Source: Patescibacteria group bacterium (GTDB taxonomy: Bacteria; Patescibacteriota; Minisyncoccia; Phycocordibacterales; CSBR16-119). From it: a DNA stretch of 60,131 nucleotides. Shown here one piece after another: positions 18,515 through 27,169 of this stretch. The stretch's first letter is position 1. The number at the start of each line of letters is the position of its first letter. The position numbers and the translations under genes were made by a program. The stretch is from assembly GCA_030917865.1 (NCBI GenBank), contig JAUPTX010000003.1, positions 1 through 60,131 of the forward strand, in the 5' to 3' direction. The notes under the pieces were generated by a model. That model had not been told where the DNA came from. It did not search any database and was given only the letters and a program-made list of their open reading frames with translations.

Positions 18515-19045
18515 ATGACACCTCTTGCAAACACAACAAATATAATCCTTGGTGCGGGAACCCTTATTTTACAAGCTATTTCTTTGTTTTTGATAGTTTC
18601 AATAATAACAAAAGATAAGGGCACTGTGCTTGTGTGGTTTAAAGAAAAATCTTTATTACTTGCAACGGTTGTACTCTTGGGCTCAGCAGCAGCAAGTCTT
18701 TGGTATTCAGAAGTTATCGGATATCTTCCATGTCTTATGTGCTGGTATCAAAGAATAGCAATATATTCTGCTGGTATAATCGGACTTATCGCAATATTAA
18801 AGAAAAGAGGTGACGAGGCCTGGATTTATATAAACACATTGTCGATACTTGGATTTATAATTGCAGTTTTCCACATATTCTCAAGATTCACAAATTCAGA
18901 AATATTTGACTGCGCAGCCTCAGGACCATCATGCCTTCAAGAATTATTTAAAGTTTATGGATTTATAGATATACCGGTAATGTCCTTTACAGCTTTACTG
19001 TTTGTCTTATTGTTAAACATAAACAGGAAAAGACTTTCTAAATAA
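18515..19045 (+). CDS. dsbB: Disulfide bond formation protein DsbB/BdbC family
   Basis: YLPCLMCWYQRIA, C..SGPSC, IPVMSFTA; 4-5 TM. Confidence 0.9.
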   Translation: MTPLANTTNIILGAGTLILQAISLFLIVSIITKDKGTVLVWFKEKSLLLATVVLLGSAAASLWYSEVIGYLPCLMCWYQRIAIYSAGIIGLIAILKKRGDEAWIYINTLSILGFIIAVFHIFSRFTNSEIFDCAASGPSCLQELFKVYGFIDIPVMSFTALLFVLLLNINRKRLSK

Positions 19046-19225
19046 TTACCTAAATCAAAAACACCCGGTAAGGGTGTTTTTTGATTACCATTTTAAAGCA
19101 CCAAATTTCGATCAAATATTTTAACCGTTTTTAATATTGCGACGCAAAAATAAAAGACAAAAGTTATCCACAACTTTTTTGAAAAATAATTTGTCCTTTA
19201 TGTCCTTTATGAATATAATAAAAGT

Positions 19226-19510
19226 GTTCGAAGATTTATAAGAACTAGATATACAAGGAATACCCACCTTACTGGGTCATAAAATAAAACAAGTATAATC
19301 ATCACTTAAGAAGATTCGAACGACAAAAGCCTGATGAGGACGCTTCAGGGGAAGCGAAAAGTACAATTAAATAAATCTGGTTGACGAACCATAAACGTAG
19401 ATTTGTACATTTGAAGTAATTTGTTCTTTCCTAGAGGTATCCATTCCTCAAATTTTATACGCCGTATAGGCGACATGATGAAGACCCGACCCATTTGGCC
19501 GGGTCTTGTT
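19226..19510 (+). ncRNA. Putative structured non-coding RNA of unknown class
   Basis: ORF-free interval with TATAAT boxes at 19214 and 19294, nested stems and a terminator hairpin at 19481-19510. Confidence 0.4.
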
Positions 19511-19525
19511 GATTTTAGGCTTATT

Positions 19526-20236
19526 TTACAAGGTTTTTAATATAAAAAGCTCTAGATTGTTTTGAAGGTCTTCCCCTCTCCTGGCGTCATGATAGATTGA
19601 AACTAGATCCTGTAACGATTTTTTAAGTATTTTTTCTTCCCAAAACTTAGCATTTGCCATACTTTTCTTAAAAACAAACGGATTAAGGCCAGAATTCTTT
19701 ATTTCAGAATCTGCGCCTTTTTTATTTTTTGTTAAAATCAAAGCTTTTATTGCCCAAATCAATATATTCACCACATCTTCTGGCAAAACCCCTTCGTTTA
19801 TAGCTTTTTGATAGATAACCCAAGCATTTTTCTTGTCTTTTTTAGAAAATGCATCAGTAAAAGCAAATATATTAAACTTTTTTTCTTCTTTTTTAGGATC
19901 TTCAAAGATAAAAATGTTCTCAGAAACCTTTTCTATTGGCTTTATATCTGTCTTCTTTACACTAGATTCAATAAAAATAAATATATTTGTTGATTTTTCA
20001 AGGTTTTTAGTGTTTTTACAAACAAAATCCATATTTTCTTTGTTTTCGAGCACGGAGTTAAAAACAAAAACGCTTTTTTTACCAAAAAGGCTTGAAGATT
20101 CTAGGTTTTCAAGCAAATAATCAAAAGAAAAGGTGTTTTCTGGCACAAAAACAACTTCATATTCAAAAAAACGCTTGAGTGCTGACTCAAACGCCTTTTT
20201 TCTTTTTTCAAAATTTCCAGAAAATAAATAAATCAT
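19526..20236 (-). CDS. holA: DNA polymerase III delta subunit-like (HolA), shortened
   Basis: MIYLFSG, SSLFG, FNIFAFTDA, GLNPFVFKK, LELFIL. Confidence 0.7.
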   Translation of the reverse strand: MIYLFSGNFEKRKKAFESALKRFFEYEVVFVPENTFSFDYLLENLESSSLFGKKSVFVFNSVLENKENMDFVCKNTKNLEKSTNIFIFIESSVKKTDIKPIEKVSENIFIFEDPKKEEKKFNIFAFTDAFSKKDKKNAWVIYQKAINEGVLPEDVVNILIWAIKALILTKNKKGADSEIKNSGLNPFVFKKSMANAKFWEEKILKKSLQDLVSIYHDARRGEDLQNNLELFILKTL

Positions 20237-20240
20237 TATT

Positions 20241-20708
20241 TTACAACCATTTTCTTACCTTACTCTTGTATTCTCTATATAAATCACCGTGTCTTTCTTC
20301 GAGCAAAGCTTCTTCTTTTTTAAGGAAATAAAAGTGTACAACCAAAGCAGATATTACAGAGGTTATCATTATAAATGTTGCATTAAGTATAACGCCAAGA
20401 CCTATCAAAAGAAGTCCAAGACCTAAATATTTAGGATTTCTAGTATATTTATAAGGACCTCTTCGCATATCGTCTATATGACATACGTTTCCAGCCTTTC
20501 TGTCCATAGAATACTTTTCGCCATACTTTTCTGCAGAATAAATAAGTCCTGTCGCCAAAACAACGATTATAAGGCCAAGTGTTTGATTCATTGGCTCTGA
20601 GACAAACCTTATTGGAAAAACAATATCTAAAATAACACCGAAGAACAGACCAACAGCAAAAACTGAAATTGAATAAGAGCTTATATGAGAAACGCTATTT
20701 TTATCCAT
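20241..20708 (-). CDS. Isoprenylcysteine carboxyl methyltransferase / PEMT family membrane protein
   Basis: GPYKYTRNPKYLG, EEALLEERHGDLYREYKSKVRKW. Confidence 0.88.
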   Translation of the reverse strand: MDKNSVSHISSYSISVFAVGLFFGVILDIVFPIRFVSEPMNQTLGLIIVVLATGLIYSAEKYGEKYSMDRKAGNVCHIDDMRRGPYKYTRNPKYLGLGLLLIGLGVILNATFIMITSVISALVVHFYFLKKEEALLEERHGDLYREYKSKVRKWL

Positions 20709-20794
20709 GATTTGATTATAACAAATTTTTTTCTAAGGCAAATATAAAAAGTTAATTAAAAGGGTGGGCGCTCCGCGCCCACCCTTTTAAAAAC

Positions 20795-23170
20795 TTACTT
20801 CAGCTCTCCCCAATTATCTCCTATAACATAGTTAACAGAGAGCGGAACTTCTGGTTTATATTTTATAAAAGAATTTTCTAAAACATGCTCCATAACTTCT
20901 TTCACCATTTCCGCGACTTTTTCTGCTATATCTTTTTTTACTTCATAAATTAGTTCGTCATGAATCTGAAGTATAGGGAAAACATTATCTGACAAACCTT
21001 CTTCTTTTATCTTTTCGTCCACCAACCTCATCGCGATTTTTATAATATCTGCAGAGGTTCCCTGTATCGGCGCATTGATCGCCATTCTTTCTGCCATCGC
21101 TCTCATAAAAGGCAGGCTAGAATTTATGCCTGGGAAATATCGTCTTCTTTTAAACAAAGTTTCTGTGTATCCAAATTTTCTAACAAAATTTTTCGTATCA
21201 TCTAGATAATCTTTGATTGATTTAAATTGCTCAAAATATTCATCGTAAAACTTTTGCGCTTCTTCTTTGCTCGTGCCAATATTTTTCTTTAAAGCCAGCA
21301 CCCCCATTCCGTAAAGTATTCCGAAGTTTATAACTTTCGCCACACGTCGCATGTCACTCGTCACGCCGTCTTCTTTTACATCGAAAACTTTCATCGCCAC
21401 CGCAGAGTGAATATCTTTTCCTTCGTTAAAAGCTTTTATCATATATTCGTCTCCCGAAAACATCGCTGCAATTCGTAGTTCTATTTGCGAATAGTCAAAT
21501 GAAATTAATTTGTATCCCTTCTCTGCCAAAAACGCATTTCGTATCGCGCGACCCAAATCACTTTTTGTCGGAATATTTTGCAAGTTTGGGTTGTTCGAAG
21601 AAAAACGACCTGTTGATGTTCCATGTTGCAAAAATTCTGCATGCAACCTTCCGTCTTCTTTTACAAGTTCCGGCAATACATCGATATATGTTGAAAGAAG
21701 TTTTTGAAGCTCGCGATAGTCGATGATTTTTTTGATTATAGCGTGCTCGTCTTCTAGTTTTTCTAGCGTTCCGATATCTGTAGAATACCCACCACTCGCA
21801 GATTTTTTAATCCCCTTTGTTGGCAAAAGCATTTTTGTAAAAAGAATTTCTGAAAGTTGTTTTGGAGATTTAATATTAAATTCTTCTTTCGCCAAAGCGT
21901 AAATATCTTTTTCTAAAACATCGAGCATTTTATGATATTCTTTGCTCAAATTTTCTAAATATTTTTTATCTAAAAGAACACCTCTTTCGTGCATCTTTTG
22001 AACAATTGGTATTATCGGCGCTTCTATTTCTTCATAAACTTTTTCCAAATCTCTTTTTTTAACTTCTTTCCAAATAACTTTTTTCGCTTCTTCAAAATTA
22101 TTTGTTTTTGCAAAAGATAAAATATCTTCGAGCGAAGCATTTGTCTTTTCAGAATCTATCAACCACATCGCGATGGCAACTTTTTTAACATCCTCGTCTT
22201 TTATATTTTGCTCTTTTTTAATATCAGACTCTTCTTTTTTTATCTCCACTTCACCCAAAACTTCTTTCTTGAACCTTCCTGGCAAACTCTTAAATTCATA
22301 TTTCTGACAGACTTTTTCGACATTTTCAAATTCTACATTTTCTCTCCAAGCTTTTTCTGGTAAAGAAAATTTAACCGGAACGTCACGCATTATTGTCGCC
22401 AAAGTTTTAGAAAACAAAGCCTCTTCTTCTCCCTCTTCTAAAAGCTTTATTATCCTGTCTGTGATACCAGCCTTTTTAAAAGAGTCTTTGTCTTTTTTAA
22501 GTTTTTTGTAAATATCTTCGATGGTTCCAAAAGTCACCAAAAGAGTCGTCGCTGTTTTCTCGCCAATTCCAGCAATACCGATTATGTTGTCTGACGGATC
22601 CCCGCGCAGACCTTTGTAATCCGGCAACATTTTTGGACCAAAACCAAAGCGCTCCTTCACAGCTTTTTCATCGTACAAAATAGTATCAGTCAGTCCCCTT
22701 TTTAAAGTAAAAACCTGAACTTGCTTTTTATCAACGAGCTGCAGTGTATCCATATCACCAGACGCGATAATTATTTCATTTTCTTTATCTTTCTTTAAAA
22801 CTTCTGCGAGTGTTCCGAGTAGGTCATCCGCTTCATAGCCTTTCATTTCATAATACGGAATAGACAGCGCGTCCATTATTTCCCGAGACTTTTGAATCTG
22901 ATCGATCAACTCATCGTCACCCTTTTTTCTATTTGCCTTGTACGTCGCAGCCTGCTCGCTTCTAAAAGTTCCACCCGGCATGTCATAGCAAGCGATAATA
23001 TAGTCTGGCTTTAGATTAGAAAGAATAGAAAGTATCATAGTAAAAAGACCATACAAGGCCCCTGTCGGCTCGCCCGCTGAAGTAGCGAAGTCAGGCAATG
23101 CGTGATACGCACGGTGGATTATCGCATGTGTGTCGAGTAGAACTATTCTTTTTTTGTTTTCTTTAACCAT
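20795..23170 (-). CDS. polA: DNA polymerase I (5'-3' exonuclease plus polymerase; proofreading domain vestigial)
   Basis: YEADD, GDPSDNIIGIAGIGEKTA, DYSQIELR, AKVINFGILYG, QIHDEL. Confidence 0.97.
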   Translation of the reverse strand: MVKENKKRIVLLDTHAIIHRAYHALPDFATSAGEPTGALYGLFTMILSILSNLKPDYIIACYDMPGGTFRSEQAATYKANRKKGDDELIDQIQKSREIMDALSIPYYEMKGYEADDLLGTLAEVLKKDKENEIIIASGDMDTLQLVDKKQVQVFTLKRGLTDTILYDEKAVKERFGFGPKMLPDYKGLRGDPSDNIIGIAGIGEKTATTLLVTFGTIEDIYKKLKKDKDSFKKAGITDRIIKLLEEGEEEALFSKTLATIMRDVPVKFSLPEKAWRENVEFENVEKVCQKYEFKSLPGRFKKEVLGEVEIKKEESDIKKEQNIKDEDVKKVAIAMWLIDSEKTNASLEDILSFAKTNNFEEAKKVIWKEVKKRDLEKVYEEIEAPIIPIVQKMHERGVLLDKKYLENLSKEYHKMLDVLEKDIYALAKEEFNIKSPKQLSEILFTKMLLPTKGIKKSASGGYSTDIGTLEKLEDEHAIIKKIIDYRELQKLLSTYIDVLPELVKEDGRLHAEFLQHGTSTGRFSSNNPNLQNIPTKSDLGRAIRNAFLAEKGYKLISFDYSQIELRIAAMFSGDEYMIKAFNEGKDIHSAVAMKVFDVKEDGVTSDMRRVAKVINFGILYGMGVLALKKNIGTSKEEAQKFYDEYFEQFKSIKDYLDDTKNFVRKFGYTETLFKRRRYFPGINSSLPFMRAMAERMAINAPIQGTSADIIKIAMRLVDEKIKEEGLSDNVFPILQIHDELIYEVKKDIAEKVAEMVKEVMEHVLENSFIKYKPEVPLSVNYVIGDNWGELK

Positions 23171-23618
23171 ATATTATTTTTCTCTCATCACCCTCTCCGT
23201 GCTCAATTTTTATCTCTATCATCCCTTCTGGAGCATTTTGCCAAATCTGGTTAGGCCATTCTACAAACAAAATATTACCTTCACTGTTTTTATATTCTTC
23301 CCATTTTATAGCTTCCAAACTTTTCTCGTCTTCTAGCCTATATAAATCCATATGAACCAATCTTTTAAATCCATGATTTTCTTGCCTTCTATTTTCCTCA
23401 CTTATCTCATATATCCTTTGAATGACAAAAGTAGGACTCACTACCGCCTCACCCACACCGAAAAACTCTGCCACACCTTTCACAAAGGCAGTTTTCCCTG
23501 CGCCAAGATCTCCAATTAACCCCACAAAAATGGCTCCTTTATTACTCGAAATTATTTGTTTTATTAAATCTTTTGCGACAGATTTTGTCTCGTTTTCAGA
23601 ATTAGTGATGTATTCCAT
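23163..23618 (-). CDS. tsaE: t6A biosynthesis ATPase TsaE
   Basis: GDLGAGKT, SPTF, HMDLYRL, VEW. Confidence 0.95.
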   Translation of the reverse strand: MEYITNSENETKSVAKDLIKQIISSNKGAIFVGLIGDLGAGKTAFVKGVAEFFGVGEAVVSPTFVIQRIYEISEENRRQENHGFKRLVHMDLYRLEDEKSLEAIKWEEYKNSEGNILFVEWPNQIWQNAPEGMIEIKIEHGEGDERKIIYG

Positions 23619-23680
23619 ACGCCCATTTTAGCACACAACACAAAACCCCGCTTTCGCGGGGTTTTGTGTTTTTATTTATT

Positions 23681-25147
23681 TTATCTAGCTATTTTAATTT
23701 CTTGTTCTTTTTCTGCTCGCTCTTCTTTATCTTTAGCAATTTTTCTTGCAATAAGAATTATTACTAGGATTGTTAGAGCTATCAGAAGCCATCCAAGGAA
23801 AGATGTTGGGAAGAATTTTCCTGCGAAAATTGTTCCAGCTGCAAGATTTGATCCACCATTTTCAACTTCTAGAATTGAATAATTTATAGAATCAACTATT
23901 GCGCCATCGATCACCGGGTGAGCGTGAACAGCCTCTAAAGAAGCAACTAAAATATTTTGTGAAGAAGCTGATTTAAGAACTTCTGCTATCACAATAAATT
24001 CTCCTTTTGCGTCTTTTGAAAGTTTATCAAAAGTAACAATAACTGAATGAATTGACTTAGAGTATTCACCTGCTGTTGTCTTTCTAAAAGACATTTCAGC
24101 TGGAAGAGACACTTTCATAACAACTCTTTCTAAGTCTTTACCAGAAACGTTTTTGTAGTTTACAGTAAATGTCACAATGTCACCCACCAAAACTTTATCC
24201 AAGTTAGATTCAATATCTATACCAAGATATGAAGTAGATGTAATTGTTTGATTAGAGTTATTTGAATTGTTAGAAGAAGTGTTACCCGCTGTAGAACCAG
24301 AGTTTGAAGATCCAGTTCCTGTGCTTGTAGTAAATCCTCCTGTTTTAAAAGTTCTTATTTCTCCGTAAGCTGTTCCAGAACTATTTTCTACAACCATTCT
24401 GTAGTAATAATCTGTTTTTGAAGATAGACCAGAGATTTGTCTTGAAACATTATTTGTTCCATTACCAACTGTTTGCTTTGGAGTTTCTATTCCTAGAGCT
24501 GTTGTGATACCAAATTGGAACCAAGCGCTTCCAGAACCCCCTTCGTTAATCATAGAAACACCGTTTAGTGTTGCAGAGTTTGTGGTTATACCAGTAGCTC
24601 CTGTAGAAACTGCGGCGATATCGTATGAATAATTATTGTCATCATCGTTATCGTTGTAGTTGTTATTACTGTCGTCGTCAGTTGTAAATGATCTTACATT
24701 ACCAGAGTCGTCATTTGTACAAGCTCTAAAGTAATATGTTTCATCTTCATCTAGACCTGAAATATTTCTTGAGAAATCGTCTCCCTCATCATAATCTCCA
24801 GAAACGTTGTATCTAATACTTGAGTCAGAACAAGAAGGTGTAGAATCGTTGTCGTCTATAACAAACCAAACGTCTATATTGCTGCCATCTGTGACTTCAC
24901 CTCGAAGTGTTGCAGAATCTTCGTCGATATTTGTGGCAGAAAGTGTAGAAACTTCGTCACCATAATTATTATCATTATCATCGTTATCATTGTCGTTGTC
25001 GTTGTCGTTTATATAACCATCGGCACAGATAAGTGGGTAGTATTCACAACCATAAAGTTGAGCAGAGGCTTTTTCAGCAAACAATCCAGCTGAAAACAAA
25101 ACAACCACGAACACGAATATATTTAATTTTTTGTTTATATTATTCAT
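23681..25147 (-). CDS. Secreted surface protein: two fibronectin-III-like repeats, DUF11-like domain, Asp/Asn and Ser/Thr linkers, C-terminal TM anchor
   Basis: Signal peptide; T..AT.I...SATL.G repeats; VGDIVTFTVNYKN; C-terminal hydrophobic helix plus charged tail. Confidence 0.7.
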   Translation of the reverse strand: MNNINKKLNIFVFVVVLFSAGLFAEKASAQLYGCEYYPLICADGYINDNDNDNDNDDNDNNYGDEVSTLSATNIDEDSATLRGEVTDGSNIDVWFVIDDNDSTPSCSDSSIRYNVSGDYDEGDDFSRNISGLDEDETYYFRACTNDDSGNVRSFTTDDDSNNNYNDNDDDNNYSYDIAAVSTGATGITTNSATLNGVSMINEGGSGSAWFQFGITTALGIETPKQTVGNGTNNVSRQISGLSSKTDYYYRMVVENSSGTAYGEIRTFKTGGFTTSTGTGSSNSGSTAGNTSSNNSNNSNQTITSTSYLGIDIESNLDKVLVGDIVTFTVNYKNVSGKDLERVVMKVSLPAEMSFRKTTAGEYSKSIHSVIVTFDKLSKDAKGEFIVIAEVLKSASSQNILVASLEAVHAHPVIDGAIVDSINYSILEVENGGSNLAAGTIFAGKFFPTSFLGWLLIALTILVIILIARKIAKDKEERAEKEQEIKIAR

Positions 25148-25323
25148 ATTATTTTGCCTGTTTTCACAGGATTATTAATTTATAACAAGTATATTATAGC
25201 ACTTTTAGTATTTTTTGTCAATACCTTTGAATGTTTTGTAGAAATTCTTAAATTCTCGATTTTCATCAAAAACTTAAGGATTTGGGCGAACTCTATACGA
25301 GCTCGCCCACCACCCTCTTCGTG

Positions 25324-26988
25324 TTACTTGCTCCGTTGAGGAACAGATGCTCCGCGACTTGCTGAGCCGCGTTGCATCATGGGCTGACCACCACCTCCGC
25401 GGTTCGCGGAACCTCCACGCATCGCGGGGGGTTGACCGCCAGGGCGACTACCGCCGTTAGTGCGGAGTACCGGAGCACCACCAGTAGAACGACTGCCGCC
25501 ACCGACGTAAGTCGGTTGTTGCGGGCGCCCGTTGGACGAACGTCCAACGGCTTGGTTTTGGGTGTATTGCCCTCGACCACCACGCTGTTGCGTTGCAACA
25601 GGAGTACGAGCACCCTGGTTCTCTGCCACCACGGGACGAGTGTTTGCTCCACCTCCTGAGCGATAGGCAGTAATAGCAGGGGCGGGGGCTGGTTTGTGAG
25701 CCACGGGAGCACTATGGCTCGGCGGCAAGCTCGTAGCACCCTCACGACTTACGGCAACGGGCATCCTCGAAGAGGTTGACGTTTGTCCGCCATGACTCGA
25801 AGGAAGCGTGATAGCCTTACCGCTCGCTTGCGCGATTGGTTCGACACCACGTCCGACCTGTTGCTGCGAAGCAACGGGTGGGTACTCTTGGGATTGAGCT
25901 TGGGCCGGCAATTCTGCCGACTTCATACAGCCATCGCCCCAATAGTTATTCACAACGCCCGCCGAGGCTGTCTGCCAGATGTGAGGCTGTGAGTACAAGA
26001 TGGGATAGAATCGGGTTGTTGGGGTTGCGCCCCAGTAAGACCAGTGATACGGATCGTAAACAATCCCTCCACCGCCAAAGGGTGCGCAACCAAAGCCACT
26101 ATTCCAGCCGAAGCCGAAGGACAAACCTCCGCCAATCCAGCTGTTACCCCATCCGTTATTCCATCCACCTCCTAACATAGGAGCAGGAGCCCAGGCGCCG
26201 CCTGGACCACCATACCATCCACCACCGAGCGGAGCGCCGTTGCGGGCGTGCCGGTAGTAGTTGTTTCGGTATCCAGCATAGTCACCCATGCCGAACTTAT
26301 AACCGTTCCGCTTATTAGAAGCGGTGGGATCCCACTCGCCCTCAGCATTCTTACTGAAGATGAAGGTGGGGTCACTCTTGCGGTCACCGGCCTTGATGGC
26401 ACGAGGAGCATCGGGGTCGCTGGTCTTCCATTCATCGCCAACCTTTTGATAAAGGCGGCCTTCGTGGAAGAAAGCCTTGTCCTCCTCTACCCATTCGACA
26501 TTGGCAACCTTCGCCACATCGCCGGATTCGGATTTCTTGGCCTCGGCCAACACCTCTTGTCCTTGACCCGAAGGTGCATAGGACTTGATGATGCGCTGCT
26601 GCCCATCGTAGATGGGGAGCAGGAACTTCGGGTCGTCCACGTCCACGCCAGGCGGGATATAAAACGGCACCGAAAGGTCCGTCACCCACACGTTCAGTGT
26701 GGTGTCACGGAACTGGAAAACGTTCTTCTTGTCTACCAAGGTGTAGTCACCCCGGAGCGCAACAAGCTGAACATGGGAAGGGTATGCAAATAGCACATCT
26801 TCCCACATACGGTCGTTCAACATCTCCGGAGAGATGCCGCCCGACACAACGTTGATGGACTTCCATGCGTTCGAGGTCGTCACGACCTCTTTCGCGGTTT
26901 TGAGCCACTCCTTGGAAGGAGCGGACGTCTGCGCCCACGACAGCTGAGCCATCGTGAACACGAAGAGAATTGACAAGGTGCTTTTCAT
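25324..26988 (-). CDS. Secreted Gly/aromatic- and Gly/Arg/Pro-rich hypothetical protein, G+C-rich
   Basis: 554 aa ORF, signal peptide ending SWA-Q, own TTGACA-17-TATATT promoter at 27061-27089. Confidence 0.7.
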   Translation of the reverse strand: MKSTLSILFVFTMAQLSWAQTSAPSKEWLKTAKEVVTTSNAWKSINVVSGGISPEMLNDRMWEDVLFAYPSHVQLVALRGDYTLVDKKNVFQFRDTTLNVWVTDLSVPFYIPPGVDVDDPKFLLPIYDGQQRIIKSYAPSGQGQEVLAEAKKSESGDVAKVANVEWVEEDKAFFHEGRLYQKVGDEWKTSDPDAPRAIKAGDRKSDPTFIFSKNAEGEWDPTASNKRNGYKFGMGDYAGYRNNYYRHARNGAPLGGGWYGGPGGAWAPAPMLGGGWNNGWGNSWIGGGLSFGFGWNSGFGCAPFGGGGIVYDPYHWSYWGATPTTRFYPILYSQPHIWQTASAGVVNNYWGDGCMKSAELPAQAQSQEYPPVASQQQVGRGVEPIAQASGKAITLPSSHGGQTSTSSRMPVAVSREGATSLPPSHSAPVAHKPAPAPAITAYRSGGGANTRPVVAENQGARTPVATQQRGGRGQYTQNQAVGRSSNGRPQQPTYVGGGSRSTGGAPVLRTNGGSRPGGQPPAMRGGSANRGGGGQPMMQRGSASRGASVPQRSK

Positions 26989-27169
26989 GACTTCTTGGGG
27001 TTTTATCGTGAGTTTGTTGTTTTTCTTTCGTTACTGAGTCCAAGACTCATTTCTGTGTATAATATAGCATATTCGAACCTTTTTGTCAAGCACTAAACCC
27101 ACCCCCATAACCCCTTTTTCCCCTTATAAAATATGGCTTTTACTTGACTTCATATATAATAAATAGCGT

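Noticed and set aside
19261-19270. TACCCACCTT shared with the 6S candidate (reverse strand near 29010)
   Set aside because: A single 10-nt match can arise by chance; no flanking similarity.
19331-19420. Hammerhead ribozyme (CTGATGA...GAAA core)
   Set aside because: Four extra bases separate CTGATGA from stem II, and no stem I pairing forms after a plausible cleavage site. Kept only as part of the unassigned RNA candidate.
19226-19510. RNase P RNA or tmRNA
   Set aside because: No GAGGAAAGTCC/P4 motifs and no tRNA-Ala-like ends.
20795-23170. polA pseudogene because of its short length
   Set aside because: The frame and all polymerase motifs are intact; loss of the proofreading domain is common in bacterial PolA.
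24640-25015. CRISPR or tandem-repeat array (atcgtt/gtcgtt repeats)
   Set aside because: These are codon repeats for Asp/Asn linkers within a surface protein, with no repeat-spacer structure.
25372-27043. Numerous overlapping ORFs on other frames and strands in the G+C-rich block
   Set aside because: Expected where stop codons are rare. Only the 554-aa frame has a signal peptide and a promoter.
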